Origin: Candidatus Micrarchaeota archaeon
GTDB lineage: Archaea > Micrarchaeota > Micrarchaeia > Micrarchaeales > Micrarchaeaceae
NCBI GenBank assembly: GCA_027365815.1
Contig: DAHXLV010000009.1
Span: forward strand, 1 to 31,197
Reading direction: 5' to 3'
Length of the DNA stretch: 31,197 bases
Part shown: piece by piece, positions 15,306 to 23,713 of the stretch
How positions within the stretch are numbered: position 1 is the first letter of the stretch
How the letters are laid out: the number at the start of each line of letters is the position of its first letter
The notes under the pieces: generated by a model
Database searches by the model: none
Seen by the model: the letters and a program-made list of their open reading frames with translations, nothing else
What the model was told of the DNA's origin: nothing
Program-made: the position numbers and the translations under genes

Positions 15306-15420
15306 TGTCAAACGGTAATAGGAGCGGGGAAACGCCCAAACCCATTCCGAACTTGGAAGCTAAGACCGCTCACGATATGTGTGTACTGCCTAAGGCGGGA
15401 AAGCATATTGCTGTTTGGCA
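15306..15420 (+). rRNA. rrf: 5S rRNA (115 nt), unlinked from 16S/23S
   Basis: Helix I TGTCAAACGG/CTGTTTGGCA, loop C CCCATTCCGAAC, GGAAGCTAAG, and loop E GTGTA/GAAA. Confidence 0.93.
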
Positions 15421-15439
15421 TTTTTATATAGGCGAGCTT

Positions 15440-15769
15440 GTGGAAGGCAGGAAGGCCATCATAAACAGCGTCGCGAAGGAACGCATCGAGATACTTTTCA
15501 GGCTTGCTGAGAAGGTTTACCCCGAGGACAGCAAGCTTGCAGGTTCGTATATATCTATGCTGAACAGCATCAGGGCCCATTACAAGGTGCCGGCGCCTTC
15601 TTGGGTAAAGAACAGGATTTGCAGCGTATGCTCTTCTGTGCTGATCCCTGGGCTGAACTGCAGAGTGGTGCTGGCCGGCTCAAGAGGGCATGCGGTGTAC
15701 AAATGCACGGTGTGCAAGGCGGAAAAGCATGTACGCTACAAAAAAGCGGATGGGCCCGGTGAGATTTGA
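15440..15769 (+). CDS. rnp4: RNase P protein component 4 (Rpp21/Rpr2)
   Basis: VAKERIEILF, KNRICSVCSSVLIPG and CTVC zinc ribbon. The start was moved to GTG 15440 because the longer ORF runs through the 5S gene. Confidence 0.9.
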   Translation: MEGRKAIINSVAKERIEILFRLAEKVYPEDSKLAGSYISMLNSIRAHYKVPAPSWVKNRICSVCSSVLIPGLNCRVVLAGSRGHAVYKCTVCKAEKHVRYKKADGPGEI

Positions 15770-15825
15770 ACTCACGACCTACGGCTTATAAGACCGTCGC
15801 TCTAACCAGGCTGAGCTACGAGCCC
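15751..15825 (-). tRNA. tRNA-Ile(UAU), no intron, CCA not encoded
   Basis: GGGCTCG/CGGGCCC, D-stem GCTC/GAGC, anticodon arm ACGGT-CTTATAA-GCCGT, T arm GTGAG-TTCAAAT-CTCAC. TTTTAATA lies about 25 nt upstream. Confidence 0.95.
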
Positions 15826-15863
15826 CCTTTTGATTTCATCCATGGAAATATTAAAAGTTAGCT

Positions 15864-18800
15864 TCAGCCAGGCATCGTGAAGTTGTTCGCGACGAACCCT
15901 GGCTTCGGCGTCTTCGGGGGCAGGCTGCCGGTGAAGTTGTTCAGCGCGTATATCCTTACGCCGTATGTGCCATTGATGAAGTTTATTCCGGTGGCGTTGG
16001 CGGGGTATACCTGGTGGAACCCTGGCAGGTTGCCCAGTATGAAACCCTTATAGTAGTTGGAATCGTAGAAAGCCGACGGGGCGTTTGTTATCGTGTCGTT
16101 CGGCCCATTCGGCATGTATATCATAAGGTATTCCACGAACGGGGTCCCGCTTATGGTTATGACCCCTTCGTATGACGCCGACTGCACGGCTGCGTTCATT
16201 TTCCCTCCGGATTGGTTGTATATGGAAAGGACGCCCTTCGCGTTTGGCACTGAGCTGACGCACACCGTGGTGTTGGAGAGGCTCTGCCCTTGCACTATAT
16301 ATGACGCTATCAGCGGCGTCGTGCCGTTTGAGATCTTGCAGTAGTAGGATATGCTCTGCTGGAGGGACTGGTTCGTCGGCAGGAGCGCAGGCAGCGGTAT
16401 CAGCACGAACTGGGGATCATGCTGCAGCTCGCATTGGGAGTTACCGAGCACATATGGCACTGGTGGGCTTTGCGCCTGGCCCTGCGCTATCGCGAACTCC
16501 CTGGACGTCTGGTTTACATTAACGCAGGCAAGGAAATCCAGCGCCTGCCATTTGGCTATCAGGTCCTGGTCGAAAAGCACGTATTGCGTCTGGTTGCTGT
16601 TCATGAACGAAGCCAGGGTCTGCGGGCCGAAGCCGTCTGTTGAACCGAGCACGTAGTGCGCAGCGGTCGCGTAGTCCTCCAATGGGGCGGAGTTGTCCCC
16701 TCTGAGCACTGCAGGCGAGTTGCCGAACCAGTTTATCCAGTCGCCATAGTCCCACCATGCAAGAACCCTGGCGCCGAATGGGCCTACGTTGCCCCTTATC
16801 CACGCCATGGCATTGAGCCAGTATGACGGGACCAGGTTGCAGAACATGTCGGATGCAATCGAATTGCCGTGCGCCGCTATTATCGAGCATGCGTTGGCCT
16901 GGTTTGTCGCATATGTGAACGCGCCGGTGAATGCCTGCATTATGGACCTTGATTCGCCCAGCATCAGCTGGTGGTTCACCGCTATCGCGGCAACCTCTAT
17001 TACGATGAACAGCACGAGCAACCCATATAGGTATGCCTTGCTGTCTGTGGACTTCCTTAGGAAGATGACAGCGAGCAGCATTATTATGGCGAGCACCGTA
17101 GAAACGAAGAATAGTGCTATAGCGAGTATCGCGTAAACGAAATTGGCGTGCTTCTGGAATGCGTTCTTGTATTCCGGCTTTGCCACTTCCGTGCCAGATA
17201 GGTTCTTGTGGTACAGTTTTATGCTGAAGTCGTTGTCGGCTAGCAGCAGCAGCTCGCCTATTATCACCCCGAATAGCATTATGAAAGCCACACCGAAGTG
17301 AGGCAGGTACTTGACCTCGGAGAAACCGGCGAACATCAGGGGAAGCGCTATCGCGATGTAGAGTATGCCTACGGTGCTCTTCCTGTAGATTATGCTCGTG
17401 ACCACAAGCGCCAGCGCGATTGCTGATACCAGCCATACCAATACAGGCACCCCGCCTATGCTGGCGCCGATTATTCCGAACCCTGCGCTATCAAAATTGT
17501 ACAATATTCCTGTAGGGATATACTCCTCTACAGTCATGAACAGGGGTATCGACGGCGTTGTATAGTGCGCGCTCAGGTTTAGGTAGTCTATGAACGTGTG
17601 GCGCGCGGGGGAAAGGAAAGCTACCGCCAGCGCAAGTATGATCAGCACTATGAACCAGCCTGCGTACACCTTCCAGTTGAGCCTCTTGAAGACCAGTCCG
17701 CGGCCGGCAAGAACCTTCGGCAGGTATTCGTATATGGCTACGAACAGCAGCGCCATGATCGGTAGCGCCAGGGTGACAGGGATGCCAAGTATGCCGGGTA
17801 TTGCTCCGCTTAGCGTTGACCCGTATGCCTCGTAAGCTGTCAGGAACACGGCGATGGTGATTATTACTATTATGTTCATCTTGTAGAAGTACTTCGTGCT
17901 GGTGCCCCTCAGCACGCCGATTACCCCCTGCAGGAAGATGTAGACGGCAAAAACCCCTGCATCGACGCTGTAGTAGTGCGCGCCGAGGAAGGTGGATGCG
18001 AATGCGACTCCTGCCAGTATGGCGAGCCTTGAGTTTTTCATGTCGCGTATGGCGAATATGTAGGTCGCGAAGAAGAAGAACAGCGTGAATATCCCCCATG
18101 GCTCAAGCAGCTGCTCCCCGGCTACGAAGGTCGAGAACAGGACAGGCATGCTTGCGGTTAGCGCTGCGCCTATCAAGCCCACATACTTACCGTATTCGTG
18201 ATAAAGGAGGACGAAAATGGCGAAGACCAGCAGCGCTGCGGTTATGGGGGGGTAGACCGATCCCACATAGCTCATCAGGTTGGTATTGAAGACGCTGTTG
18301 TTGTTCGGGCCGAGCGCGTTCGCCAGGCTGTACCAATATGCTTCCAAGTACGGTATGAGCGGCTGTATCCTCATTACCGATCCTGCAGCCTCTATAGGCC
18401 ATGCGGCGTGTGAAGTGAAGAACTGTTGGCCGTAGACCAGTATGGACTGCGCCGCCATCATGCTGAAATACGGGTCGAATTCGTAGAATACATTGGACGG
18501 GCCTATTCCGAATATCCTTGTGGAGAAGGTTACCAGCATAAGGGCGAGCAGAAGCAGCCATGGCCATGCAGTCTTCATATTGAGGAACGGCTTCGTCGGG
18601 CTGTCCGTTTTGCTCAGCCTTCTCAATAGTATGCTTTCTTCCTTCTCGTGCTGCTCGATCAGGCGCTGCTCCTCCTGCTTGTGCAGCTCTGCCAGCTTGG
18701 CCCTGTCATTCTCGTCGAGCTTGTTGATGAGGCTCTGCTCTTCGCGGTGCCTCCTTGCAAGCTCGTCCTCCTCCCTCTTGTGCGCCTCGATTATGCCTTT

Positions 18801-19220
18801 TGCCTCGTTGAAGTAAGCGAGCTTCGCGCGTATATCGCCGAGGGAGCTTGCATAGTCCTTCTGCAGTTCAGATATCCGGGCCTCCTCCTTCTTTATCGCC
18901 TCATTTCTTGTGAGTCCGGATAAGCTGAATCCCTTGAAGACTCCCTGCTGGAAGCACAGGGCGGCTCCGATTATGGTAAGCACTACGGCGTTTGCCTCGA
19001 AAAGGCCGAGCGAGAACGCGAATGCGGTAGAGTAATGTATAAGAAAGGATTCGACCCACGTCAGCGACGCTGGCGCTATGAGGCCGAATATGAATCCTAT
19101 AACTACGATCTCGAAAAGGTGGAAGTCTGTTTTCCTATACAGAAGCGCAAGAGCAAGCAGGACCCCGGGCACAAACATTGACAGGAATGCTACAATGCCT
19201 GTGGCTATTATTCCCCCCAT
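15864..19220 (-). CDS. aglB: Oligosaccharyltransferase AglB (STT3) with an extra N-terminal TM and coiled-coil module
   Basis: EFDPYF, GEQLLE, AWWDYG and DQDLIAK (DK motif), with many TM helices. About 215 aa precede the STT3 core. Confidence 0.93.
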   Translation of the reverse strand: MGGIIATGIVAFLSMFVPGVLLALALLYRKTDFHLFEIVVIGFIFGLIAPASLTWVESFLIHYSTAFAFSLGLFEANAVVLTIIGAALCFQQGVFKGFSLSGLTRNEAIKKEEARISELQKDYASSLGDIRAKLAYFNEAKGIIEAHKREEDELARRHREEQSLINKLDENDRAKLAELHKQEEQRLIEQHEKEESILLRRLSKTDSPTKPFLNMKTAWPWLLLLALMLVTFSTRIFGIGPSNVFYEFDPYFSMMAAQSILVYGQQFFTSHAAWPIEAAGSVMRIQPLIPYLEAYWYSLANALGPNNNSVFNTNLMSYVGSVYPPITAALLVFAIFVLLYHEYGKYVGLIGAALTASMPVLFSTFVAGEQLLEPWGIFTLFFFFATYIFAIRDMKNSRLAILAGVAFASTFLGAHYYSVDAGVFAVYIFLQGVIGVLRGTSTKYFYKMNIIVIITIAVFLTAYEAYGSTLSGAIPGILGIPVTLALPIMALLFVAIYEYLPKVLAGRGLVFKRLNWKVYAGWFIVLIILALAVAFLSPARHTFIDYLNLSAHYTTPSIPLFMTVEEYIPTGILYNFDSAGFGIIGASIGGVPVLVWLVSAIALALVVTSIIYRKSTVGILYIAIALPLMFAGFSEVKYLPHFGVAFIMLFGVIIGELLLLADNDFSIKLYHKNLSGTEVAKPEYKNAFQKHANFVYAILAIALFFVSTVLAIIMLLAVIFLRKSTDSKAYLYGLLVLFIVIEVAAIAVNHQLMLGESRSIMQAFTGAFTYATNQANACSIIAAHGNSIASDMFCNLVPSYWLNAMAWIRGNVGPFGARVLAWWDYGDWINWFGNSPAVLRGDNSAPLEDYATAAHYVLGSTDGFGPQTLASFMNSNQTQYVLFDQDLIAKWQALDFLACVNVNQTSREFAIAQGQAQSPPVPYVLGNSQCELQHDPQFVLIPLPALLPTNQSLQQSISYYCKISNGTTPLIASYIVQGQSLSNTTVCVSSVPNAKGVLSIYNQSGGKMNAAVQSASYEGVITISGTPFVEYLMIYMPNGPNDTITNAPSAFYDSNYYKGFILGNLPGFHQVYPANATGINFINGTYGVRIYALNNFTGSLPPKTPKPGFVANNFTMPG

Positions 19221-19273
19221 CAAATCAATCTATATGCTTGTTGCACTTTTAATTGTATCTAGATGCTTCGTTT

Positions 19274-19897
19274 TCAGCTGTTCAGTATGGATTTTGGCAC
19301 CTCCAGTGGCTTCATTGTCACTCCTGGGAAGACCGTTCCAGGGGGCACTATTCGCACCTTGACGCCTATCGCGCCGTATTTCGGGTAGGCTGTAGCGTGC
19401 GCCTCCCGGACGAGGTTTATCACGTCGCCCGCCTTGGGCATGTAGCCGACGCTCTTCCGTATCGTCTTTGCCCTTGCCCCCTTTGCGGCTAGTTTGCCGC
19501 TGGCGACTATCTCGGCACCTATCGCGCCGTTGTCCAGTACGGACTTGAGCATTGATTGTATGACGCGCCTGGCGTTTATGCCGCGCTCGAATTTCTCTGC
19601 TATCTCCCTTGCTACGAGCATCGGCTCAAGCATCTTGTTCTCGACCTCCATAACGTTTATCTGCGGGTTGTCGACCTTGAACATGCTCTTTATGTTTTCC
19701 GTAAGGGCGTCTATCGTCTTCCCTGCCCTGCCTATGACCCTACCCGGGCTAAGGACGTACACAGTTATCCTTGTGAGCACAGGCGTCTTCTGTATCTCCA
19801 CCCTCGAGAAGCCGGCCCTGACCAGCTCCTTTCCGAGATACTTGGATATGTTGTGCTTTATTATCGAATCCTCTATGAATTTTCGTTCTATTGCCAT
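19274..19897 (-). CDS. rps3: 30S ribosomal protein uS3
   Basis: AGFSRVEIQKTP, PGRVIGRAG (KH domain), GAIGAEIVASGKL, YGAIGVKVRI. Confidence 0.96.
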   Translation of the reverse strand: MAIERKFIEDSIIKHNISKYLGKELVRAGFSRVEIQKTPVLTRITVYVLSPGRVIGRAGKTIDALTENIKSMFKVDNPQINVMEVENKMLEPMLVAREIAEKFERGINARRVIQSMLKSVLDNGAIGAEIVASGKLAAKGARAKTIRKSVGYMPKAGDVINLVREAHATAYPKYGAIGVKVRIVPPGTVFPGVTMKPLEVPKSILNS

Positions 19898-19901
19898 TAG
19901 A

Positions 19902-20537
19902 TCATGCCTTTACCTGCGGTGCTTCCTTCTTCGCCTCTGTCTGCTTGCGCTCCTTCTGGTTCTTTGCTGGTTTGCCCTTCTTTGTTGTTTGGACTGGAGC
20001 CTCTTTGAACCTTCGCTTCTCCCTCACTATCGCCATCTTCATGTTGCCGCTCAATCCTTCCTCTTCGCCATATCCTAGCGCGAGCTCCAGTTTCGCGAAC
20101 TCTACGTCAGACCTTCTGGCGGAGCGCCTGCCCATGCTGTGGCCCATCCAGAGCGCGCCCTTCGATGCCGTTCTCTGCAGTATGAGCGTCTTGTTCGCCG
20201 CTGCGTGGACCACATACATGGATTCCGGGTCGTTGCCCTTGCTTTCGGCGTTTGCCATTGCGTTCACTAGCACCTTCCTCACTATCGAGGCACACTTCTT
20301 AGGGTACCTGCCTTTTTGGCCTCCAAGCTCGTGGCGGGAGCCCATGTGGGCGTTGTGCCTCCTGTAAAGTATTGGCTGCTTGCCAGAAGCTACAGATTCG
20401 AGCATCGACATCGCTCTGGGTGCGCTCTTGTACCTTATCGTATCGCACACGGCGCAGAGATCCTTGAAGCTGGCGTTGATGTCTTTCATGCTGGCGAAGA
20501 CAATGCCGTCGCGCTTCATGTTGAATGAGTATGCCAT
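19902..20537 (-). CDS. rpl22: 50S ribosomal protein uL22 with a Lys-rich C-terminal tail
   Basis: GRYPKKCASIVRKVLVNAMANAESKG; position in the operon. Confidence 0.94.
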   Translation of the reverse strand: MAYSFNMKRDGIVFASMKDINASFKDLCAVCDTIRYKSAPRAMSMLESVASGKQPILYRRHNAHMGSRHELGGQKGRYPKKCASIVRKVLVNAMANAESKGNDPESMYVVHAAANKTLILQRTASKGALWMGHSMGRRSARRSDVEFAKLELALGYGEEEGLSGNMKMAIVREKRRFKEAPVQTTKKGKPAKNQKERKQTEAKKEAPQVKA

Positions 20538-20541
20538 GTTG

Positions 20542-20934
20542 TCACTTCTCCCCTATGAACTTGCTTCCCCTTGTCGCCTTTATTCCTGGCGCCGAGTGCA
20601 CAACGCTTTTTGTCGTGTATGCGAACTCCCCAAGCCTGTGGCCGAGCATGTTTGCGGTTATCTGCACCTTCTGGAACTCCTTGCCATTGTAGATCTCAAA
20701 CATCATGCCTATCCATGAAGGCAGTATCACAGCCTCGCGCGTCTGCGTCCTTACAGGCTTGTCCTTCCCGGCTGCCTTGTACCTCTGCACCTTCTCGATC
20801 AGCCTCTTGTATTCGAGCCCTGCCCTCTTTATGCTCCTCCTCTGCCTTGACTTGACCATGAGAAGGTACTGCTGGTCGGTGAGCCCGGCTAGTTCTGACG
20901 GCAGTTTGCCCCTGAATGCTACTCTTTCAGCCAT
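20542..20934 (-). CDS. rps19: 30S ribosomal protein uS19
   Basis: FRGK, VRTQTRE, YNGKEF, MLGHRLGEFAYT, HSAPGIKATRGSKF. Confidence 0.97.
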   Translation of the reverse strand: MAERVAFRGKLPSELAGLTDQQYLLMVKSRQRRSIKRAGLEYKRLIEKVQRYKAAGKDKPVRTQTREAVILPSWIGMMFEIYNGKEFQKVQITANMLGHRLGEFAYTTKSVVHSAPGIKATRGSKFIGEK

Positions 20935-20935
20935 A

Positions 20936-21649
20936 TCATCCCTTCTTCCTGCGGCCTACCCGCCTTGCCGCGATATGCCCAACCTTCCTGCCCGGCGGGG
21001 CGTTCCTCGATGTCATGCTGCTCTTGCCCTTGTGGTGCTGCTTGCCGCCGAACGGGTGGTCCACAGGGTTGCTTTTGACACCCCTTATCACAGGCCAGCC
21101 CCTGTTCGTAGCATGCATGATGTAGTGGCTCTTGCCTGCCTTGACAAGCGGCTGCTCTGCCATGCCGCCTCCGGCAACTGCGCCCAGCTGGGCCCTGCAC
21201 TCGTTGCTCAGGACTACGCTGGCCTTTGATGGCAGTGTCACGTTGGTTGAGGCGCCGAGATGCGCCGTTATGTATGCTGTGCTGCCTGCACTCCTGACAA
21301 GCTTCCCGCCGTCTCCTGGAGTTGACTCTATGTTGTAGACAGGCAGGCCCTCCGGTATGTCGCCGATCCTCTGGACGCTCCCCAATGTAAACATTCCCTT
21401 GCCGATGTACACCTTGTCGTGCACCTTTATCCCCTCTGGGGCTATCAGGTTCCCGGTAGTGAAATCCTCATACTCCACCTCCATCAGGGGTGCGCTGTGG
21501 CCTGTGTGGTGGAACAGGTTTATCACTTCGCCCTCTATCTTCGCATTTGTGTTGTGCGAATAGTTGACGCGTATGTCAAAGGTGCCGGGTGGCTTGGCGT
21601 ATGCCTTTGATCCCTTGCCCCTTCTCTGCTGCCTAAGCTTCTTTCCCAT
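20936..21649 (-). CDS. rpl2: 50S ribosomal protein uL2
   Basis: MGKKLRQQRRGKG, GDGGKLVRSAG, WPVIRGVKSNPVDHPFGG, PPGRKVGHIAARR. Confidence 0.97.
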   Translation of the reverse strand: MGKKLRQQRRGKGSKAYAKPPGTFDIRVNYSHNTNAKIEGEVINLFHHTGHSAPLMEVEYEDFTTGNLIAPEGIKVHDKVYIGKGMFTLGSVQRIGDIPEGLPVYNIESTPGDGGKLVRSAGSTAYITAHLGASTNVTLPSKASVVLSNECRAQLGAVAGGGMAEQPLVKAGKSHYIMHATNRGWPVIRGVKSNPVDHPFGGKQHHKGKSSMTSRNAPPGRKVGHIAARRVGRRKKG

Positions 21650-21651
21650 GG

Positions 21652-21915
21652 TTACACCAGTTTGAGCCTCTTGGCGATATCCTCAGCCTTGAAGCCTTTT
21701 GATAGTTTTATAAACACCTTCTTCCTGTTGGATGCGGTGGTCGCGGTCCTTATGCTGTCCACCTTCACGCTGAACGTAGCCTCGAATTCCTTCTTTATCT
21801 GGGGTTTGGTTGCCCTGTAGTCTACAATGTACGCTATGATGTTATTGCGCCCTATCTGGTTTATCGTCTTTTCTGTAGATAGCGGGTACCTGAGTATTCC
21901 TGGCATGGTGATCAT
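21652..21915 (-). CDS. rpl23: 50S ribosomal protein uL23 (start may be ATG 21906)
   Basis: ILRYPLSTEK, ATKPQIK, KKVFIKL. Confidence 0.94.
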   Translation of the reverse strand: MITMPGILRYPLSTEKTINQIGRNNIIAYIVDYRATKPQIKKEFEATFSVKVDSIRTATTASNRKKVFIKLSKGFKAEDIAKRLKLV

Positions 21916-22673
21916 ATCTTGATGTTTCCAATTTCACTGTCAATTTTCGAGAATGCGTCTTCGCTCCAAAGGGTGCGCCTGCCGGGGTTGCCGCCCGGAG
22001 CCAGCATGCCGACCCGTATCCTTTTTAGGCTGCATACGTCCACTCCGGGGATGTTCCTGGCGGCCTTGATTATACCCTTGTCGTTTTCGACGACTATCAA
22101 TACCGATTTTTTGTACAGCCTCTGCTTTGACAGACGGCGCCTCCCTTTCCTTATTTTCTTCTCGCGCCCCCTCTCGATCTGTTCCGATAGCTTTAGGCTG
22201 TTGAGCATCTTTATAACGTCTTTGGTCTTTGACAGGGATTCCATGTTCGAAGATACCACCAACGGTTGTTTTGTGGCGGCTATGGCGCTCCTGATCGCCT
22301 TCTGGTACTCTTTTGCGTTTATCCGCTCTATGAGCCTCTTCTCGATGAGGTGCGGGTGTGCCCTCTTTCCCTTTACAGATGACGGTATCCTCCTGACCTT
22401 TCCCTGCGCACCGCCGCCTAGCTTCTCCCTGGGCCTTATGGCGATTCCCATATGCCTGCCGGTCCTGTATGAATTCATCGCGCCATAGTACCTGGCGGTG
22501 GTCTGCATGCCTGCCAGGACATAATGCCCCTGCGGCTGCAGCTTGAGCGTGTTTTCGGCGATGACCGCCCTGGCTATCAGGTCTGGCCTTACCGCCTCAG
22601 AGAAAGCCGATGGCAGCGCTATGGGTTTCAGCGTCGTGCCGTCCGTATTCAAAACGTTTGTGCTTTCCATCAT
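21912..22673 (-). CDS. rpl4: 50S ribosomal protein uL4
   Basis: VRPDLIARAV, KGKRAHP, INAKE, AARNIPGVDV, LAPGGNPGRRTLWS. Confidence 0.96.
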   Translation of the reverse strand: MMESTNVLNTDGTTLKPIALPSAFSEAVRPDLIARAVIAENTLKLQPQGHYVLAGMQTTARYYGAMNSYRTGRHMGIAIRPREKLGGGAQGKVRRIPSSVKGKRAHPHLIEKRLIERINAKEYQKAIRSAIAATKQPLVVSSNMESLSKTKDVIKMLNSLKLSEQIERGREKKIRKGRRRLSKQRLYKKSVLIVVENDKGIIKAARNIPGVDVCSLKRIRVGMLAPGGNPGRRTLWSEDAFSKIDSEIGNIKI

Positions 22674-23641
22674 ATCGCCTTGCCTGTGGCCGCCAGGTAT
22701 GTCACCTTTGGCTCCTTTACTCCCTTGGCGTCCATATTATCTATCGACTTCCTTATCCTTACCATTCTTTTTGCAGGCCCGGGGATCGAGCCGTCTATGA
22801 GTATGTAGTCGGAGACGACATTGCCGTAATTTATGTATCCTGATTTTGGGTTGACGTTCTGCGCCTCCTCCTTCTTGCCGATCTTTAGTATGCGTTTGTT
22901 CCTTTCCGTCCTGTAGTTGAACCCTAGCTGGCCGGACTGCGGAACGCTTGGCAGCACCCTGCCCATTCCAAATGCCCCGAGAGTACCTACGTGCCTTACC
23001 TTCTGGGTCGCCTTCCTTGCCAGCCTGGCAACGCCGAATCTTTTTATGACACCCTTCCAACCCTTGCCTTTTGATATGGATATGATGTCGATGTGCTCGC
23101 CGTTCTTGAATAGGTCGTACGGCTTCACTTCCTTGCCTAGCATCTTAGTCGCGTATTCCAATTTCTCTGCTGCGCCCTTCCCCATTATTTGGGCCTCGAA
23201 CCTATCGGCGTGATGCTGTCCTGTTGCGGTCCCTTTCGGGTATGCTGCTATCAACAGGGAGACGCGTGCGTACTTGCTGGCATCCTGCTTCGCCGCGTCC
23301 ACTTTTTCCTTTTCTGCGGTAATTTTCTTCACGCCTGCCCGCTGGGCGGCCGTCTTGTCGTAAAACTCGTTTGCGATCTTCAGATATCCTGTGTTGCGGT
23401 CCTTAGAGTATACCCTTATGCCGTAGACCTCTGTTTGCGGGATCTCTACAACTGTGCATGCCCTGTTTATCTCGGATGCTTTTTGCGACTCCTCCAATAC
23501 GGTCGCATTGGTCATACCCACTTTATAGCCCACCATGCTGGAGAGCGCCGCATCCTTCGTTCCTCTAGGGATAGCGCGCATCCTTGGCAGGCGTCTGTAC
23601 GCCCTGCGCTTCTGCCAATACTGCATAGAGCCTCTAGTCAT
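22670..23641 (-). CDS. rpl3: 50S ribosomal protein uL3
   Basis: GYKVGMT, SKGKGWKGVIKRFG, GQLGFNYRTE, GSIPGPAKR. Confidence 0.96.
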   Translation of the reverse strand: MTRGSMQYWQKRRAYRRLPRMRAIPRGTKDAALSSMVGYKVGMTNATVLEESQKASEINRACTVVEIPQTEVYGIRVYSKDRNTGYLKIANEFYDKTAAQRAGVKKITAEKEKVDAAKQDASKYARVSLLIAAYPKGTATGQHHADRFEAQIMGKGAAEKLEYATKMLGKEVKPYDLFKNGEHIDIISISKGKGWKGVIKRFGVARLARKATQKVRHVGTLGAFGMGRVLPSVPQSGQLGFNYRTERNKRILKIGKKEEAQNVNPKSGYINYGNVVSDYILIDGSIPGPAKRMVRIRKSIDNMDAKGVKEPKVTYLAATGKAI

Positions 23642-23713
23642 GTTGGCACTTTTGGATCTTGATTTCCGACTGGAAAATCAGCTGCCTTAAATGCAGATAT
23701 ATTGCCTTTGTCA

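Noticed and set aside
15353-15439. N-terminal extension of the Rpp21 ORF in the ORF track
   Set aside because: It runs through the 5S rRNA gene; Rpp21 similarity begins after GTG 15440.
18640-18800. Hemerythrin call for the HxxEE repeats in the AglB extension
   Set aside because: The spacing differs from hemerythrin HxxxE(E) motifs and the other His ligands are missing. It is kept only as a patterned coiled coil.
23663-23677. TTTCCGACTGGAAAA resembling an ORB origin box
   Set aside because: The spacer is one base longer than the ORB consensus, there is no G-string, only one copy and no orc1/cdc6 nearby. It is better explained as the rpl3 leader hairpin.
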